Shown piece after piece: positions 1-10,268 of a DNA stretch of 49,871 nucleotides (the stretch's first letter is position 1; every line of letters begins with the position of its first letter). Under the pieces are notes generated by a model, which worked only from the letters and a program-made list of their open reading frames with translations, did not search any database and was not told where the DNA came from. The translations under genes and the position numbers were made by a program. The DNA is taken from positions 1-49,871 of the forward strand of contig JAADGS010000081.1 of assembly GCA_013152275.1 (NCBI GenBank), in the 5' to 3' direction. The stretch is from Actinomycetota bacterium. GTDB taxonomy: Bacteria > Actinomycetota > Acidimicrobiia > Spongiisociales > UBA4744.

Positions 1-47
1 TGGTCGCCGCCTGGCGCGACCCCGTCCCCATCCTCCGAGTCCCCTAA
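1..47 (+). CDS. 3' end of an upstream gene, probably a FtsX/MacB-like ABC permease (partial)
   Basis: Frame from base 3 reads VAAWRDPVPILRVP*, resembling the AxxxDPxxxLR C-terminus of FtsX-type permeases; only 14 codons are visible. Confidence 0.35.
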   Translation, partial: VAAWRDPVPILRVP

Positions 48-229
48 GCAGGACGATTCCCGTCGTGTGCCCGCTACGTTCCGTCGGATCCGGACACACG
101 GGGTGTACTGCCCGCAAGAGGGGGATCGCTTGTGGCGGTCGTTGTTTCCGGTAGCTGTGTTGCCCGGTCTCGTCGGACCCGTCGGTTTGTGAACCGAGTG
201 TCGAGGTTGGACAAAGAAGAGGGTGCTAG

Positions 230-1891
230 GAGCGTGGGTCAGTATCTGCTGGTGAAGAGGCCGGTTGGTCCTCGCGTTTGTGGTTGGGTTCGACGAGAAT
301 CGTGGGTATGGGAAACAACTGTGGTGATGAGACACTTTTCGAGGTGGCCGACGACGGTGTCCCTGTGGTGGGGAGGGTTCCTGCGGGGAGGTCGAAGGTG
401 TTCCGTCGTTACGATCCGGACCAGTCGTTCCTGATGCCGCCGTCTCTTGATGATTGGCTCCCGCAGGAGCATACGGCCCGGTTCGTTGGGGAGGTGGTTG
501 ACGGGTTGTTGGACCTGTCGGTGGTCTACGACTCGTATGTTTCAGCGTCTGGTGCGCCGCCGTATGACCCCGCAATGATGTTGAAGCTCCTGTTGTATGC
601 GTATTCGACGGGGGTGACGTCGTCTCGGGAGATGGAACGCCGCTGTCACGTCGATGTGGCGTTCCGTTGGCTGTCGGCGAATGCCGCTCCGGATTACCGG
701 TCGATCGCCCGGTTCCGTCGCCGTCACCTGGTGGCGTTGGACGACTTGTTCACCCAGGTGCTTGTCCTGTGCTTAGAAGCAGGACTCGTCACGTTGGGTC
801 GGGTCGCTTTGGACGGCACGAAGCTGCGGGCGTCTGCTTCTCGGCATAAGGCGATGAGCTATGGGCGTCTCGGACCCAGGATCGGCCAGCTTGAGGCCGA
901 GGTGGCGGCGATCCTTGCCGACGCTGAAGCCGTCGACCGTGCAGAAGACGAAGAGTTTGGCGAGGACCGGCGTGGTGATGAGGTCCCCCCAGAGCTTGCC
1001 CGTCGGGAGTCCCGTCTCGCCAAGCTGCGTGCAGCGAAAGAAGCCATCGAGGCCGAGGCCGCAGACAAGGCAGCCGGCAAGGCGGCCGGCAAGGCCGCAA
1101 AGGACGGCGCCGACGAGACCGGGATCAGCGAGGCGGCGGCGACAGCGGCTGCTGGGGCGACCCCCGCTGATCGGGCGCAACGGAGTTTCACGGATCCGCA
1201 AGCCAGGATGATGAAAACTGTTGACGGTTTCCATTACGCCTATAACGCCTAGGCCGTCGTCGACGAATACTCCCAAGTCGTCATAGCGGCGAACGTCACC
1301 GATCAGGCAGGCGACGTCGCGCAGCTCATCCCCATGATCGACGCTGCGACCGCCAGTCTCGCCGATGCCGGTATCGAAGCTGTCCCGAACATGTTTCTCG
1401 CCGATGCGGGCTACTGCTCCCAAGACAACCTGGAACAGATCTCGGATACGAAGGTCAACGCTTTGATAGCCACGGGGCGGATCAGACGTAACGAGCGGGT
1501 ACCCGACACGCCGAGAGGGCCGATCCCGAAAGACGCGACCCGGCGCGAACGGATGGCACGCCGGCTGCGTACCAAGACCGGGCGGGCCGACTACGCCAGA
1601 CGCAAAGCCATCGTCGAACCAGCATTCGGACAGATGAAAGTCCGCCAACACGCCGGACATCTCCGGCTACGAGGAATCGCCGGAGCGCAAGGCGAATGGA
1701 CACTGCATGTCATCTGCCACAACCTGCGCAAACTCGCCAACGCCGCCAACCCGGCACCGGTCGCAGCTACCTGACCCGCCGCCCCGTCAACACCCAGCGT
1801 CGCGTGCGGAGAACATCGCGACAAGCGAGAGTCAAAAGCTGGACCGGACACGAACCAGCAAAGATCCGTCAACTAATACCGACCCATGCTC
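230..1891 (+). mobile_element. IS1182-family insertion sequence, 1662 bp
   Basis: Terminal IRs GAGCGTGGGTCAGTAT (230-245) and ATACCGACCCATGCTC (1876-1891) match 14/16; flanked by CTAG at 226-229 and 1892-1895; encloses a DDE transposase. Confidence 0.92.
308..1774 (+). pseudogene. IS1182-family transposase with one in-frame TAG at 1250-1252
   Basis: Motifs PYDPAMMLKLLLYAY..SSR, PDYRSIARFR, ALDGTK, SFTDPQAR, ADAGY, YARRKAIVEPAFG. ORFs 278-1252 and 1334-1774 share a frame; the junction reads YNA*AVVD where YNAQ is expected. Confidence 0.9.
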
Positions 1892-2162
1892 CTAGGAGAC
1901 CAGGAGGTCGAGATTGCAGGGAGAAGACGGGCCGGACTCGAGGCGCCGTCACCCTCCTGCACACGGCCACAGAGGGGAGAGGCGGCTTCGATGTGCGCCG
2001 ATGCCGTCCACCTCGATGGGAAACCACCGGTCGAGCCGTATCCGCCGCCCTTCGGATCATCCTGGTGGCAGCGCTCCCGCAGGGAAACGCCGTCGATGTC
2101 GGCCGGCTGTCACGACATGCGCCCTCCATGATTCCGACACGTTGTCGAGTAGGATTCCCACG

Positions 2163-3058
<896 letters not shown>

Positions 3059-3062
<4 letters not shown>

Positions 3063-3832
3063 GTGGGCTGATCCGCGCCGAGATCATCAAACTCATCCAT
3101 CGCAAGCTCTACTGGGTCCTGTCGATCGTGCTGTTGGCTCTCGTAGGGCTGTTGGTGTTCGTGATGCTGGTGCTGCCCAAGCTGGTGCCCCAAGACGTGC
3201 AGGGGCTCACGCTGCCGGCGGTGTCCGATGTGATCACGTTGGGGGCGCAGCAGATCCTCGGACAGTCCTGGTTTCCGCTCATTCTCGCCGTCGTGGCACT
3301 CGGCACCGATGTGAGCCGAACCATCTGGGCATCCTCACTGACGCGCGACGCGCGGAGATGGGCGCATCTGATCGCACGGCTTCTGGTGTTCTGGCCGGCG
3401 GTGTTGCTCACCTCACTCGTGTTGGTGCTCGTGTGGACGGTCGCGGCGTCCATCCTGATCGGCGGCCCCGTCGGGCTGGGGGTGGCCGGATGGCTCGCAC
3501 TCGTCTGGAAGGCGGCGCTGATCGAGCTGGCATGGGTGGCGATCGGGTTGTTCGCCATCGCGGTGTTTCGTTCCACCGGTATCGCCATCGGTGTGGCCTT
3601 GGCCTTCTCGTTCATCGAGGGACTCCTGACGTTTTGGTCTGTGTATCGGCCGATCTCGCTGTCAAAAGCCTCGACATCATTGCTCGGAGGGTTCGGCGCA
3701 GCAGGGTCCGCTCCGTATAGGAGTCTGCTGGGGGCGGGGATGTCGCAGTTCCATGCCGTGGTCGTACTGGTCGGATGGGCGGCGGTGATGCTGGTGGGAG
3801 CATGGGCCGGTCTTCGGTATCGGGACCCGTGA
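3059..3832 (+). CDS. ABC-2 type transporter permease
   Basis: About six hydrophobic segments, LIRAEIIKL start, YRD end; ATGA overlap with the ATPase gene. Confidence 0.9.
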
Positions 3833-3905
3833 CCCAACCGACCGGGCCGGTGCCGGCGGGCGACCCGTCCGACTAAGTCGAGATGACGCGCGATGCCGGG
3901 CACAC

Positions 3906-4542
3906 ATGGCAAGAATGTGCAGAATAGGAACTGCCAGGGAGGTCTTGGACATGGGGTCCGGCAGGGGAGTTGCAGCCTGCCATCTGGCCGAAAACTATGG
4001 CTGTCGCGTCATCGGCACATGTCGGAGAACATGATCGAGTATGCGAGCGAGATGGCAAAGAGAAGGGGACTGGTACCTTGACCGGCAACCTTTGCGGCGT
4101 TCTGTGGGCCGGGAACGCCGCTTGCTGCGTTCTCCGCCTCGACGCACCTGCCGGGGGGCCTTCGTTGTGCGGGTCTTGCCATCGATATCGGATCGACCCG
4201 ACAACTCGACTCGAACGAAAGGGCCGGGTCGATCCGTGTCGACCAGGCGTTCCTGCCTCGGCATCGACACCCCGAACGTTACCGGCCAAGGCACCAGATG
4301 CGACGGCGAGTTTCAGAAGAGCAGATGCACACAAGCTGCCATTTGAAGATGGCGTCTTCGATATCGTCGTGGCGGAATGCACGACCGTACTTCCGGACAA
4401 GGAACGAGCATTCTCGGCATTCATTCGGGTGACAAAGCTTGGCGCGTCCGTCGGTGATCTGGAGATGACCTGGCAAAAGCCACCACCACGGGAGTTGGTG
4501 GACAAGGTTTGTTTCGCGCGCGGTGCATCACCTGCCTCATGA
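3906..4542 (+). pseudogene. Class I SAM-dependent methyltransferase, disrupted
   Basis: From ATG 3906: EVLDMGSGRGVAACHLAENYGCRVIG (motif I). Frameshift near 4017-4021 into SENMIEYASEMAKRRGL, insertion at 4072-4295, then DATASFRRADAHKLPFEDGVFDIVVAEC..DKERAF; the C-terminus decays. Confidence 0.8.
4072..4295. mobile_element. 224-bp MITE-like element
   Basis: Ends GGTACCTTGACCGGCAAC (4072-4089) and GTTACCGGCCAAGGCACC (4278-4295) are 15/18 inverted repeats; removing the segment restores CT^AG and the methyltransferase frame (RGLDATASF). Confidence 0.7.
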
Positions 4543-4959
4543 ACCGCCGCCCCGTGCTCGGACAGGCCCGGCCAGGGCATTCACGTTGGGACTGCTTGCG
4601 GCAGGTGGATGTGGGGAAACCGGCGGGACGGTAGCTTTCGGCTCGCCGGCACGCTGTACCGCCAAGGCAGGGAGCTGGACGCCGACGCCGCTTCGAGCCG
4701 TTCCGAACGGTCTGTCCTCCGGCGCCTCGTTGCATCACGAAGGCTCAGCAGCTTGATGGCCGAAGGGAGAAGGGCTGTCTGTGAGGGAACCCTGGGCGCC
4801 GGGTGAGGGTACGGGTGTGGTGGCCGATTCGAAGGTGGCGCTCAGAGTCGAAGTTCCATGGATCTCACGCTGTTGCGAGTGCGTATCGTGACTGTCGGAC
4901 GCGGTATCCACTCCGAGAACAACAACGGACCATCGGGGATGCCTCCGAGACGGGACGAC

Positions 4960-7053
4960 TCAGGATTCGGGAGCACCGTTGGAGATCCAGTCTTCGATCA
5001 TCTGGATCTGTGCATCGGAAAGGCTTCCCGACGGTGGCATCGGGCCGCCGAAGTCCTGGGAGCCCAGGAGCTTTTGGAGCACGATACTGGCATCGGGGTC
5101 ACCCGGCACGATGACGGGAGCATTGTCGCCACTGGTCATCACCGACTGGTAGCTGGAGGCATCCCATCCTCCGAGAGAACCGTGACACATCGAGCAGTCG
5201 GCGTCGAAGAGAGGCTTGATGTCGGCGACGAAGGTCGGTTCCTCCGTGGCAGTTGTGGGCCCGCCGGCGAGGGTGCGAATGAATCCAACCAGGTCTTCGA
5301 TCTGATGGGTCGTCAGAACCTGCCCCCAGGCGATCATTGCCGTGGCGGGGTGGCCGAGCTGGATCGTGGTGATGATCTCGGAGTCGCTGTTCGCGTCCTG
5401 GAACGCCGGGTCGATGAGCGATGGGCCGATCCCGCCGGACCCGTCGGCTGCATGGCATTGCGAACAGAACTCGTCCCAAATCTGCTGCGAGCTTCCTGCC
5501 ACCTGCTGAGGCGCGATCTCGGGAGGCAGCTCGACCGGCGGGTTCTTCTCCCATGACCGCAGGAACGCGACGACTGCGTCGATCTGGTCTTCGCTGAGCG
5601 GGCCGCCCGAGGCAACGCCGAACGGCGACATTCCCAGATCCGGCTGGCCTTTCGTTATGATCGCTTTGATCGTTGCGTTGTCGTGGGTGCCGAGATACTG
5701 GCTGGCGCTGATGGGAACGATGACTCTCGTCGGGTTGGAGGGGAGTGGGCCGCCTTCTCCAAATTCGCCGTGACACATCGAGCAGTTCTGGGAGAAGATC
5801 CGCTGACCCACGACTTCCGGGGCTCCCTTCGCCACCTTGACCGTGTAGGCCACCAGGGCATCGATCTGCTCGTTCGTGAGGACGTCTCCCCAGATGGGCA
5901 TCGTTTCATGCTCGGTACCCTCGGAGATCGCCTTGTACGCCGCATCCACCGTCGCGGCCGCGGGTACCCGTTTCCCGTGACAGGATGAGCAGTGTTGTGC
6001 GAAGAGCTTGTCTCCTCCCGGAGCCGACGCCGGGTCGACAACATACCGGGCCAGGGTCACGATGTCCTCGTCGGGAAGCTGGCCCGACCAGGACGGCATC
6101 GTCCGATGTCGGCCGCCTTTCATGATGATCGAGCGAACTTCGGTCTCGTCGGAGACACTGACTCCTGTGCCGTGACAGGTCGCGCAGTTTGCCGCGAAAA
6201 GGCGTTGGCCGTCAGGAGCGATGAGGAAGTTGACGAGGGCCGTTACGGCCGAAGGGTCGAGTTTGACGCTCCAGTTGGGAACATCGAGACCCTCGTGCGG
6301 CGCGAAGCCGGCCTCGAGGGCATCGCGAAGCCGGAACGGATCCGACTCTGCGAGGTCTGTGGCTTGATGGCACTCGGCACATTCGTCCCGGAAGACAGCC
6401 CAGCCGTTTGGTGTGGTGATGAAACCGACGAGGGCGTCGATCTCGTCGACGGAGAGGTCGGCACCCCACGCTGGCATGCCTTCGTGGCTGCCTTGTGCGA
6501 TGACTGCGTGCAGGTCGGTCCCCGGAGGAACCGCCAGGGAGGGGCCATGGCATGCGGCGCAGTTGGCGGCGTAGAGGGCGGCGACCTTGTCGGGCTGCTC
6601 CTCGCCGGCCAGTGGTGCCTGTTGACGGAGTGCTTGCACGGTCAGTGCGACGACTCCCACCAGCACCAGAGCCGTCACGCCGGTGATGCCGAGGCGGTCG
6701 CGGTAGTGGCGTCGAGGAGATCGGTCGAGAAGGGGCAGCGCGAAGAGCAGGCCGACGGCGATCGCCGGGATGACGATCACGCCGATCACCTCGAGATTGC
6801 CTGGGAAATACTTGAGGAGCTGGAAGACGAACAGGAAGTACCACTCCGGTCGTGGCATGTATGTCGCGTCTGCCGGGTTGGCCCTTGCTTCGAGCGGCGA
6901 GCCGAAGAAGTAGGCAAGGGCAACCAGAGCGATGAACACGATGAACATGACGACGGCGTCTTTGAAGATCGCTTCAGGGAAGAAGGAGATGCCCTTCTTC
7001 TTCTTCTCTTCCTCGTATTCGGCGAGGTATCGGCGTCGTTCTTCTTCGTTCAT
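4960..7053 (-). CDS. Cytochrome b subunit IV (PetD/QcrC-like) fused to seven c-type cytochrome domains
   Basis: FFP..D, ANP and PRPEWYFLF (PEWY) with three TM helices, then CAACH, CAECH, CATCH, CSSCH, CSMCH, CSQCH, CSMCH; ATGA overlap with cytochrome b. Confidence 0.92.
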   Translation of the reverse strand: MNEEERRRYLAEYEEEKKKKGISFFPEAIFKDAVVMFIVFIALVALAYFFGSPLEARANPADATYMPRPEWYFLFVFQLLKYFPGNLEVIGVIVIPAIAVGLLFALPLLDRSPRRHYRDRLGITGVTALVLVGVVALTVQALRQQAPLAGEEQPDKVAALYAANCAACHGPSLAVPPGTDLHAVIAQGSHEGMPAWGADLSVDEIDALVGFITTPNGWAVFRDECAECHQATDLAESDPFRLRDALEAGFAPHEGLDVPNWSVKLDPSAVTALVNFLIAPDGQRLFAANCATCHGTGVSVSDETEVRSIIMKGGRHRTMPSWSGQLPDEDIVTLARYVVDPASAPGGDKLFAQHCSSCHGKRVPAAATVDAAYKAISEGTEHETMPIWGDVLTNEQIDALVAYTVKVAKGAPEVVGQRIFSQNCSMCHGEFGEGGPLPSNPTRVIVPISASQYLGTHDNATIKAIITKGQPDLGMSPFGVASGGPLSEDQIDAVVAFLRSWEKNPPVELPPEIAPQQVAGSSQQIWDEFCSQCHAADGSGGIGPSLIDPAFQDANSDSEIITTIQLGHPATAMIAWGQVLTTHQIEDLVGFIRTLAGGPTTATEEPTFVADIKPLFDADCSMCHGSLGGWDASSYQSVMTSGDNAPVIVPGDPDASIVLQKLLGSQDFGGPMPPSGSLSDAQIQMIEDWISNGAPES

Positions 7054-7709
7054 TTCGATCGTTGTCGCTTCGGGGGCGCACTGATGCTGATGCGAACGAC
7101 GAGGAACAGGTGGATGCCGAGCAGCACGAGCAGCGCGGCCGGCAGCACCCAAACGTGGGTGCCGAAGAAGCGGGTCAGGGTTACCGCGGAGAGCTCGTCA
7201 CCGCCGCGAGCGACGCGAAGGAGCCACTCTCCGATGCCGGGGACGACGGCGATGATGCGAGTACCGACCGTGGTCGCCCAGTAGGCCTTCTGGTCCCAGG
7301 GGAGGAGGTAGCCGGTGAATCCGAAACCAAACACGATGAGCAGGAGCAAGACACCGGTGAACCACGTGATCTCCCGCGGGTATTTGTAGGCACCGTGGAA
7401 GATGACCCTGAGCATGTGCAGGACGGCGAGCAGCACCATCGCGCTGGCACCCCAGTGGTGCAGTCCCCGGATGAGCCAGCCCGCCGACACCCCCGTGGTG
7501 ATGTATTGGACACTGGCGTAGGCGTCCTGGGGACTCGGCACGTAGTAGATGGACAGCAGAATGCCGGTGACGATCTGGTTGATGGCCACGAACAGCGTCG
7601 CCGACCCGAGGGTGTACAGCCAGTTCACCTTCGGAATCTTGCGCAGGAAGAGAGTTTCCCAGATCCGGCGCCAGCCGGTGCGGTCGTCGATCCAGTCTGC
7701 GAGTGTCAT
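7050..7709 (-). CDS. qcrB: Cytochrome b6-like (N-terminal, split-type) subunit of a Rieske/cytochrome b complex
   Basis: W.DDR, QIVTGILL..YYVPS, GWLIRGLHHWGAS, LHMLR, GFTGYLLPWDQKAYWA, TLTRFF..HVWVLP; 219 aa. Confidence 0.95.
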   Translation of the reverse strand: MTLADWIDDRTGWRRIWETLFLRKIPKVNWLYTLGSATLFVAINQIVTGILLSIYYVPSPQDAYASVQYITTGVSAGWLIRGLHHWGASAMVLLAVLHMLRVIFHGAYKYPREITWFTGVLLLLIVFGFGFTGYLLPWDQKAYWATTVGTRIIAVVPGIGEWLLRVARGGDELSAVTLTRFFGTHVWVLPAALLVLLGIHLFLVVRISISAPPKRQRSK

Positions 7710-8182
7710 ACGTCCCAGTGCACCTCGAGTTGTTCACCTTCGACGCGCACATCGAAGGATTCGAGTGGTTTTGGCGGTGGTCCATCGAGCACCTGGCCGG
7801 TTTTGGAGAATACACCGTTGTGGCAAGGGCAGAAGAACGACTGCTCTTTTTCGACCCACCGAACCCGGCAGCCGAGATGGGTGCAGACGTTCGAGAGTGC
7901 GAGGTAGTCGCGGCCATTGTCCGTGAGAACGTAGACACCCGTCTCCTCCGTCTGGGTGACCCAGCCGGTGGTGCGATCGATCTGTGCCTTGAAGAGAGTC
8001 GGGGTGCCCATCTCGACCTGTCGAGTCGAACCGATCGGGACCCAGACGTCCTCGAGGCCGTCCTTGGAGGCCGGAGCGACCACGTAGGCGATCGCGGGAA
8101 CGCCGAAGCCGGCGGCGATAAGCCCGCCGATGGCCGCAACCATCTTCGAAAGAAGTGTGCGGCGACTTAGATCATCAGTCAC
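7706..8182 (-). CDS. qcrA: Rieske 2Fe-2S protein, Tat-exported
   Basis: SRRTLL twin-arginine motif plus TM helix; boxes CTHLGC and CPCHNG; GPPPKPL. Confidence 0.95.
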   Translation of the reverse strand: MTDDLSRRTLLSKMVAAIGGLIAAGFGVPAIAYVVAPASKDGLEDVWVPIGSTRQVEMGTPTLFKAQIDRTTGWVTQTEETGVYVLTDNGRDYLALSNVCTHLGCRVRWVEKEQSFFCPCHNGVFSKTGQVLDGPPPKPLESFDVRVEGEQLEVHWDV

Positions 8183-8457
8183 TGTGGTTTCCCCTCCGCG
8201 GCCCAGAGTGTACGGCTTGGGACATCAGGAGGCCAAATGGCGGTCTATAACGCGGTGAGGGGTCCGATGGGACTCCTCATGGCGGCGTTCCCTGGCTTGC
8301 CAAGGCCGGGTTATACGGCGCCGCTGCCGGCGATGCCGTCGTGGGGTGTCTCGAGGACCCGGGATTTGTTCCGGGTGCAAGTCCGTCCTCCGCCGCACAG
8401 TCGTGGTACTCGTGCGAAGGAACTCCGTACGGCCGGGCTTGGTGCGAACGGGCACGT

Positions 8458-9612
8458 TCAGGGTGTGGTGTCTGCGAATCGAACGAACGATTTGGCATAC
8501 AAGTTTGCCTCGCTCTTGTCCACCTGGGGGAGCCCGTCCAGGCGGAACAATGCAATTCGCCCGTTTTCGCGATCGGCGATCGCGAAGATTCCGTCGGGGC
8601 CGATCGCCAGCTTTTCGGGGAAGTTGAACGTGTCCTCGCCGGGCCCTCCTGCTCCGAACTCGCCGATGAGGTCCCCGTCGGGAGAGAGGACGACGATGTG
8701 GCCCTGGCCGGTGCATTTGTTCTGGAACCGGAACGTGTCGACGACATATACGTTGCCGTCGGGGCCGACGGCAACCGAGCGGGGTAGCTGCCAGAAGCCG
8801 ACGATTTGATTCTTCTCATCGGGTTGGCCCGAAACCCACAGCACCGTGCCTGTCTTGTCGAGGGCCACGACGCGCCGATTCAGCGTGTCTGCCACATAGA
8901 ACCGGTCCAGGTTCCGGTCGATGTCGAAGGCGTCCGGGAAGCTGAAGCCGCCAACCTCGCGAGACTTCTTTCCGGTTCCCCAGTAGTCGACGACCTTCCC
9001 GTCTCGGTCGAAGAAGTACAGACCGTCATTGCTCGAGACCACGATGAAAGCTCCCCACACGCGAACTTCGAACGGTGTGAATCCATCCTGGCCGAAGACG
9101 GAAGGATCCTGATCGGCCGCCGGATAGGACTCGATGTACCGGCCATCGCCGGAGAACACGAACACCTGGTGTGCGTTCCAGTCCGCGACGTACAAGCGGC
9201 TGCCCGTCTCATCGAAGGTAAGCCCGTAGGGGCTCGTCAGGCGTCCCTGGCCCGCTTCTCTGACGAAGGTGCCGTTCTCATCGAATTCCAGGAGCCGGGC
9301 GTGACCGGTATCGGCGACCCATACGCTGCCGTCGGGTCCGACCGTCACACCCATCGGACGCAGCAGTAGGTCCTCCGGCTTCGTTCCGATTCCGTAGATG
9401 GAACGTTCGATGGTCATCGGACATCCCTCCGCCTGCGCCGAGGTGTTCGAAGGGGGTGCCTCCGGTGGCCGCAGAAGGAACAGGATCAGAATGCCGAGAC
9501 CCACCGCCGCGGCGCCGAGCAAGGCGAGAAGCAGCCACAGCAGACGCCGCGAGGCCGTCGAAGTATCCGGTGTGCCCGGATCCTCCGCTGTGGGCTGTGG
9601 CGATTCGTTCAT
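8458..9612 (-). CDS. Membrane-anchored NHL-repeat beta-propeller protein
   Basis: N-terminal TM helix; repeats of P.G....DG.VYVAD..N.R type (PMGVTVGPDGSVWVADTG, FPDAFDID..FYVADTLNRR, FNFPEKLAIGPDG). Confidence 0.9.
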   Translation of the reverse strand: MNESPQPTAEDPGTPDTSTASRRLLWLLLALLGAAAVGLGILILFLLRPPEAPPSNTSAQAEGCPMTIERSIYGIGTKPEDLLLRPMGVTVGPDGSVWVADTGHARLLEFDENGTFVREAGQGRLTSPYGLTFDETGSRLYVADWNAHQVFVFSGDGRYIESYPAADQDPSVFGQDGFTPFEVRVWGAFIVVSSNDGLYFFDRDGKVVDYWGTGKKSREVGGFSFPDAFDIDRNLDRFYVADTLNRRVVALDKTGTVLWVSGQPDEKNQIVGFWQLPRSVAVGPDGNVYVVDTFRFQNKCTGQGHIVVLSPDGDLIGEFGAGGPGEDTFNFPEKLAIGPDGIFAIADRENGRIALFRLDGLPQVDKSEANLYAKSFVRFADTTP

Positions 9613-10268
9613 GATCCCTCCGTTGTCGTAGGAGAGCCCCCGAGGCGTCTTATGGCGTCGAGGGCTTCTTCACTATCAGGGTTGAAGTCTGCGGCGCGCC
9701 GGTACTGTTCGAGGGCGCCGGCGGTATCACCAAGCTGCTCCAGTGCCTGACCGAGGCCGAAGTGGGAACTGAAGTCGAATGGAAAGTCGGAGATGGCGTT
9801 CTCGTATGCCACCTTCGCTCCGGACGCGTCGCCGCGTGCCAGCAGGAAATCCCCGAGGGCCACCAGCGGTGCGAACGCGCGAGAACGCGGGGCCGCATCG
9901 GCGCTCCGGTTGAGGTAGTCGATGGCGGTGTCGGGATCGGTGTCTCTGGCGAGGAGACCGAGCTGGAACAGCGCCATCCAGTCGTTCGGATCCAACTCGA
10001 GCGCATCATGGAAGGCCTTGGCGGCTGCGGTTTCGTCGCCTGCGTCGAGATAGGTGAGGCCAAGTCCGGTGTGGGCCCAGGCCGATGGCTTCTCGTCGAT
10101 GCGTGCCTGCCAAATGGCAGCGTCTCTCGCCGCGGCGGTGGCGGGCGGTTTCTCCGGGCGAAGCTGGAGTACCACCGTGACTGCACCGAGGCCGAGAACG
10201 ACGAGCGTGAGCGCAACGACGGCGATCAGGAGCCCTTGAGGGACGGATCCGGACGAAGGTCTCGCCAT
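9609..10268 (-). CDS. Membrane-anchored TPR protein
   Basis: TM helix followed by about four TPR units (AHTGLG..ALELDP, ALFQLG, LVALG, HFGLG..FNP). Confidence 0.88.
   Translation of the reverse strand: MARPSSGSVPQGLLIAVVALTLVVLGLGAVTVVLQLRPEKPPATAAARDAAIWQARIDEKPSAWAHTGLGLTYLDAGDETAAAKAFHDALELDPNDWMALFQLGLLARDTDPDTAIDYLNRSADAAPRSRAFAPLVALGDFLLARGDASGAKVAYENAISDFPFDFSSHFGLGQALEQLGDTAGALEQYRRAADFNPDSEEALDAIRRLGGSPTTTEGS

Noticed and set aside
1250..1252. In-frame TAG as pyrrolysine or amber recoding
   Set aside because: It replaces a conserved Gln (CAG) in a transposase, TAG serves as a normal stop elsewhere in the window, and no pyl genes are present.
4543..4959. Small ORFs or ncRNA in unexplained gaps (also 1896-2162, 13797-14065, 21299-21558)
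   Set aside because: No RBS-supported ORF with recognisable motifs and no convincing RNA structure by eye.
5992..7284. Long antisense or alternate-frame ORFs (e.g. 5992-7284, 18315-19691, 28584-29630, 46309-47292)
   Set aside because: They shadow well-supported genes, as expected from high-GC codon bias, and have no motifs of their own.
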